A stretch of 64,000 nucleotides of DNA from an uncultured Alphaproteobacteria bacterium. GTDB lineage: Bacteria; Pseudomonadota; Alphaproteobacteria; RF32; CAG-239. Made by a program: the position numbers and the translations under genes. Under the pieces are notes generated by a model. The model made no database searches, was not told where the DNA came from, and saw nothing but the letters and a program-made list of their open reading frames with translations. Location: assembly GCA_944393685.1 (NCBI GenBank), contig CALYAW010000003.1, forward strand, positions 46,133 to 110,132, written 5' to 3'. Below, one piece after another: positions 59,440-64,000 of the stretch (its first letter is position 1; the number at the start of each line of letters is the position of its first letter).

Positions 59440-60135
59440 TTGGTGTTGTCACTTTTTGATAATAAATGTTACAAAAGCAAGGGCGAAACTCAAAAATTGG
59501 TGATTTTTATTCATGGTTATAATGGCTCGCCGGAGGCAATTGACTATGCAGTTCAATGGCTTAGAGAAAAATTGGTGAATTGTATTTTGGTCGTGCCGAG
59601 AGCTCCATATAAGTGTGAAAAAAATGCGGATAATTTACAATGGCTCAGTTTTTATAAACAAGATCCTGATGTCCGTTTTAGAAATCCGGAAACTTCGATA
59701 GAAGAAATATTTGATATTTTTAATCGGCTTGGTGATGATTTTGCCGAGGTTGCAAAAAAAATGAATCTTTTTATTGATGAACAGCAAAATAAATTTGCTA
59801 TTGATGACGCTCACACATATATTTTGGGCTTTTCGCAAGGAGCTATGATTGCGATTTATACCTCGTTAACCAGAAAAAACAAACTTGCCGGATGTGTCGG
59901 TGTTGCTGGAATTGTTCCCGGTAAAGATCGTTTAAAACATGAAATTGTTTCAAAACCAAAATTCTTATTGTTGCACGGGAAAGATGACGTGACCGTACAG
60001 TATAAGACTTTGCCACATACTTTGTCTTGGTTGGCTGAGCAGAAACTTGAGTTCGAAAATTTTGAATTTGAGGCGTTGGCCCATCAGATGAATGAAGCTG
60101 AAATGCAAAAAGCCGCAGAATTTATTAACTCTTGA
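59440..60135 (+). CDS. Alpha/beta hydrolase, phospholipase/carboxylesterase family
   Basis: Nucleophile elbow GFSQGA, an LLLHGKDD motif carrying the Asp, and a C-terminal His. Length is 231 aa. Confidence 0.75.
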   Translation: MVLSLFDNKCYKSKGETQKLVIFIHGYNGSPEAIDYAVQWLREKLVNCILVVPRAPYKCEKNADNLQWLSFYKQDPDVRFRNPETSIEEIFDIFNRLGDDFAEVAKKMNLFIDEQQNKFAIDDAHTYILGFSQGAMIAIYTSLTRKNKLAGCVGVAGIVPGKDRLKHEIVSKPKFLLLHGKDDVTVQYKTLPHTLSWLAEQKLEFENFEFEALAHQMNEAEMQKAAEFINS

Positions 60136-62104
60136 GATAGAGCTGTTCCAGTTCCTTTATTTTGTCTCTGTAGACCATGGCTGTTTCAAATTCAAGATTG
60201 GCAGCGGCCTCTTGCATGAGTTTTTTATATTCTCTCAGCTTCTTATCAATATCTTTGATCTTTTCTGCTTCTTGGGGTTTAGTTTCAATATAATCTTTGG
60301 CCGTCATTTCACTTAGAGTGTTTGATATTTTTTTCTTGATTGTTTGAGGGGTGATGCCGTGTTCCGTGTTATATTTTAGTTGTTTTTGGCGGCGACGGTT
60401 GGTTTCCTCCATGGCGGCTTTGATGGAGCCCGTTATTTTGTCTGCATAAAGTATAACGCGTCCTTCGGCATTCCTGGCGGCACGGCCAATGGTCTGAATA
60501 AGCGAGCGCTCTGAGCGCAAAAATCCTTCTTTGTCTGCATCCAAAATCGCAACCAACGCGCATTCCGGAATATCTAATCCTTCTCGAAGAAGGTTGATAC
60601 CTACTAAAACATCAAAGATTCCTAAACGTAAATCACGTATAATCTCAATACGTTCTAGCGTGTCTATATCAGAGTGGAGATAGCGAACTTTGATGCCATT
60701 CTCATGTAGGTAACCAGTTAAATCTTCGGCCATTTTTTTTGTTAATGTGGTTACTAACACTCGGTTTCCAGCAGAACTAACTTTACGACACTCGTTCATC
60801 AAATCGTCAATTTGATTTTCTACAGGGCGAATCAGACAGAGAGGATCCGTTAAGCCCGTAGGGCGAATAATCTGTTCCGTAAATGTATGTCCACTTTGTT
60901 CAAGTTCCCACTCTCCAGGTGTTGCTGAAACAAATATTGTTTGGCCCCTCATAGAATCCCATTCCGAAAATTTGAGTGGACGATTATCTACACAAGAAGG
61001 CAAGCGAAAACCATACTCGGCCAAGGTCGATTTTCGGTTAAAATCTCCTCGATACATGCCTCCAATTTGTGGTACGGAAACATGGCTTTCATCAATGAAT
61101 ATCAAAGCATCGGGAGGTAAATATTCAAATAATGTTGGAGGCGGTTCTCCTGCTTTGCGGCCGGTTAAATAACGGGAATAATTTTCAATTCCTTTACAGT
61201 TTCCGGTCGCTTCCAGCATTTCTAAGTCAAAACGCGTGCGTTGCTCTATTCGTTGAGCTTCCAATAGTTTATTTTGGGAGATGAATTCTTCGCAACGTTC
61301 TTTTAGCTCTTTGCGGATATTGACGATTGCCTGAGAAATTGCTGGGCGAGGCGTGACATAGTGATTGGCAGGATAAATGGTGATTTTATCAAGGGTTGCT
61401 GTCTTCTTTCCGGTGAGAGAGTCAAATTCGGAAATGCTTTCAATCTCGTCACCAAAAAAAGATAATCGCCATGCTCGGTCTTCGTAGTGTGCCGGAAAAA
61501 TATCTATAATGTCTCCTTGTACTCGAAATGTTGAACGTACAAAATTCATTTGATTTCGCTCATATTGCAACTCTGCAAGACGCTTGTATATCTCTTTGGG
61601 ATTTATTTCTTGTCCGACAGAAAGCGGAAGGGTCATGGATGCATAAGATTCAACATCGCCTAGGCCATATATACATGATACGGAGGCTACAATAATAACA
61701 TCTCGGCTTTCAAGAATATTACGTGTTGCGGCATTGCGCATGCGGTCAATTTGCTCGTTTAGGGCTGAGTCTTTTTCTATATATGTGTCTGTTTTAGGAA
61801 CATAGGCTTCCGGTTGGTAATAATCGTAATAAGAAACAAAGTATTCAACATGGTTGTGGGGAAAAAATTCTTTCATTTCGCTGTATAATTGCGCGGCTAA
61901 AATTTTGTTGGGTGCCATAATTAAGGCGGGGCGATTGCATTGTTCAATTATTTTGGCCATGGTATAGGTTTTTCCGCTGCCTGTAACTCCAAGTAGTACT
62001 TGATTTTTTAGACCGTCTTTTAGACCTTGGCAAAGTTCAGAAATCGCTTGTGGCTGATCTCCGGCTGGTTGAAACGGACTTTCGAGTTGAAACAATGTGG
62101 CCAT
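60125..62104 (-). CDS. uvrB: Excinuclease ABC subunit B
   Basis: Walker A GVTGSGKT, helicase motifs, a C-terminal UVR coiled-coil domain, and a length of 659 aa. Confidence 0.95.
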   Translation of the reverse strand: MATLFQLESPFQPAGDQPQAISELCQGLKDGLKNQVLLGVTGSGKTYTMAKIIEQCNRPALIMAPNKILAAQLYSEMKEFFPHNHVEYFVSYYDYYQPEAYVPKTDTYIEKDSALNEQIDRMRNAATRNILESRDVIIVASVSCIYGLGDVESYASMTLPLSVGQEINPKEIYKRLAELQYERNQMNFVRSTFRVQGDIIDIFPAHYEDRAWRLSFFGDEIESISEFDSLTGKKTATLDKITIYPANHYVTPRPAISQAIVNIRKELKERCEEFISQNKLLEAQRIEQRTRFDLEMLEATGNCKGIENYSRYLTGRKAGEPPPTLFEYLPPDALIFIDESHVSVPQIGGMYRGDFNRKSTLAEYGFRLPSCVDNRPLKFSEWDSMRGQTIFVSATPGEWELEQSGHTFTEQIIRPTGLTDPLCLIRPVENQIDDLMNECRKVSSAGNRVLVTTLTKKMAEDLTGYLHENGIKVRYLHSDIDTLERIEIIRDLRLGIFDVLVGINLLREGLDIPECALVAILDADKEGFLRSERSLIQTIGRAARNAEGRVILYADKITGSIKAAMEETNRRRQKQLKYNTEHGITPQTIKKKISNTLSEMTAKDYIETKPQEAEKIKDIDKKLREYKKLMQEAAANLEFETAMVYRDKIKELEQLYLKS

Positions 62105-63984
62105 TATTCTTCTTTGGGATTGCTGTTTTGTGTCAAAGATTCGTAGTAACTGCGTGAAATTTGACTAAAATTCTTAACGTCATTGACGATGCTGCGAATT
62201 TCTTTGAGATTAATTTTGTCTTTTTCAAGATGGTTGGTCAGAATGTTAAACGCTCCTCTGTATGGCGTATTCTTAAAATACGGCATAAACTTATTGCGCA
62301 GACGAACCAAAACAGTCTCCTTGCCGGCTTGCTTGAGGGTGGTTGCCCAATCAAGTATATAATTGATTTGCTCTAATGAAAGCTTTTGGCCAGGGGTTGG
62401 CTCTTCTACCAAATATTTGATTGTATCCGAGGCTTCGGCCCATTTTTGTGAATTCCAATAAATTTGGAATTTAAATAATAAGGCGTTCTTTCCGTAATCA
62501 TCTTTTAGAAGTTCAAGAGCGGCATCACTTTCTTCCAGCGCGGCGAGAGCTCTGGCTCGGATAACACGGCGAGGAGCGGTGGTCTCTTCCTTTAGGCCTT
62601 TTGAATCCGTATTATCCAATATTTGTATGGCTGCTGAAGGTTGTTCGTTGTATAGATTAATAATTGCTAAGCGCGCTCCTACTCTTGCTGTTTCTTCTGG
62701 TGTTAATTGATAATCTTTGAGCAAACTGTTCAGGAGTATAGAGGCGCGGGATAATAAATCTATTGCAAAAAGACGATCTGCCAGACGCTGTATGATGGCT
62801 GTTTCTTTAGTGCTGAGCTTGCTCAACCATTTGAAATCCTGATAAAGAGCCAGAGCTTTTATTGGTGAAAGTTTTGCATCTGCTTGGTGATTAAGGTAGA
62901 TGCTTTCAAAAATAGATAACATCTTTTTGAGAAGTTGCTCGTCTTGTTCTGCTGTGGCTATTTGACGGGCTTCATTGAGAGAATTAATTGCTTTATAGTA
63001 ATCATTATCTTTTATATAAAGATCCGATAATTTGTTGAGCAGTTGGTATTTGAATTCCGGCGTGTTCCATGCAAAACGAAGCCTTTCAAGCTCCGATATG
63101 GTATCTTGTAAAGACATAAGATTAAGACGTTCGCTAAGGACGGCATTTTCGTATCTGGAAAGTGCTGAAAAACGTGTGTTGGGGTTGTTAATTAAACGGC
63201 GGTATTCTTTTATGGCGTTGCGAGGATATCCTTGAAGCTCTAATTTCTTTCCTGTTAAATATATAATTTGCGGTAATAAGTCTTTGACGCGGTTGGGAAC
63301 AGAGTTGAGAATATCAATGAAGTTTTGTGCTGAAAGATCATCCCCGGTATTGAGAGCATTCTCGGCAGCTTTGATTGCTATGAGATCTTTTATTTCCTGC
63401 GGATAATCTTTTATTAATGAAATGTGAGAAAATATTATTCCGTTATTTTCATCTTTTTGTTCAAACGTGCTACGAGACAAAGTTCTCCAGAAAATACCTT
63501 CATCCGTTTCGGGAAGACTGCCTTTGGAAAAATCTTCGGCAGCTTCGTGATAACGGCGTGCTAAAAAGTTGGCAATGCCTTTAAGAGAATGAAAATCATC
63601 TGTTTGAGCTTCCGGTAATTCTGCTTTTTCTATTTGATTAAGAATATATAGGGCATTGGTTCCGAGACCATAGTATACGTAATAACGAGCCAATTCTACT
63701 CGTAATTTGTTTTTTTGTGATTGCGGCGCATTGAGAATGTCTTTTTTATATTGATCTAAGACATCATTGAATTTCATGTTTAATAAACGCTGCGGTATTT
63801 GTAAATTAAATGCTGATGTTACCTCTGCGTTGTCTTTTCTATGTTGCTGACGTTTGAGAGAATCCAAATTGCTTGTGATGTTAAGACCGTGTCCTTGGGC
63901 TCGAAGTGTTAGACCTGCGTTGCCACGGCTTAATATAATATCCGGAGACTTGATTACAAAGGCAAGACCCTGAGCCGTCTGCAA
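62104..63984 (-). CDS. Hypothetical helical-repeat (TPR-like) protein; the N-terminus may extend beyond the window
   Basis: A 626-aa ORF rich in predicted helices, with Leu/Ala periodicity and YY..LG-type repeats. The ATG at 63984 is near the window edge. Confidence 0.4.
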   Translation of the reverse strand: MQTAQGLAFVIKSPDIILSRGNAGLTLRAQGHGLNITSNLDSLKRQQHRKDNAEVTSAFNLQIPQRLLNMKFNDVLDQYKKDILNAPQSQKNKLRVELARYYVYYGLGTNALYILNQIEKAELPEAQTDDFHSLKGIANFLARRYHEAAEDFSKGSLPETDEGIFWRTLSRSTFEQKDENNGIIFSHISLIKDYPQEIKDLIAIKAAENALNTGDDLSAQNFIDILNSVPNRVKDLLPQIIYLTGKKLELQGYPRNAIKEYRRLINNPNTRFSALSRYENAVLSERLNLMSLQDTISELERLRFAWNTPEFKYQLLNKLSDLYIKDNDYYKAINSLNEARQIATAEQDEQLLKKMLSIFESIYLNHQADAKLSPIKALALYQDFKWLSKLSTKETAIIQRLADRLFAIDLLSRASILLNSLLKDYQLTPEETARVGARLAIINLYNEQPSAAIQILDNTDSKGLKEETTAPRRVIRARALAALEESDAALELLKDDYGKNALLFKFQIYWNSQKWAEASDTIKYLVEEPTPGQKLSLEQINYILDWATTLKQAGKETVLVRLRNKFMPYFKNTPYRGAFNILTNHLEKDKINLKEIRSIVNDVKNFSQISRSYYESLTQNSNPKEE

Positions 63985-64000
63985 AATGTCAAACTCAGGA

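Overview
This is a low-GC (about 37-38%) bacterial chromosomal window that is densely coding. The backbone looks alphaproteobacterial. It carries an ATP12-family chaperone gene, a DUF465 gene, a psd-pssA pair, an mreB-mreC-mreD-mrdA-rodA cell-shape operon, ddl-miaA, acpP-fabF-mltG, lgt, queA and uvrB. It also carries rarA-crcB-rluC-asmA, mutY, uppP, xseA-ftsY-mtaB, serS divergent from trpS, two long-variable-arm tRNA-Leu genes, and several rho-independent terminators. The most unusual part lies at about 20.0-27.7 kb. It is a five-gene [FeFe]-hydrogenase operon. The operon encodes a thioredoxin-like 2Fe-2S ferredoxin, a HydS-type sensory hydrogenase with a PAS domain, a PP2C phosphatase, a second ferredoxin and a catalytic HydA. 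It is transcribed divergently from two tandem paralogous genes whose C-termini resemble a degenerate EAL (c-di-GMP phosphodiesterase) fold. Other notable points are: a 5'-truncated VirD4/TraG-like type IV coupling protein at the window start; a roughly 1.2 kb AT-rich island remnant bounded by a direct repeat of the tRNA-Leu(TAA) 3' end; fermentative genes (ldh, L-serine dehydratase, U32 peptidase); a membrane-anchored MEMO1-AMMECR1 fusion; a degenerate GGDEF protein; a second ACP-like gene; and DnaA-box-like repeats upstream of lgt. I saw no CRISPR array, transposase or rRNA. All calls rest on motifs and composition read by eye. No database search was possible.
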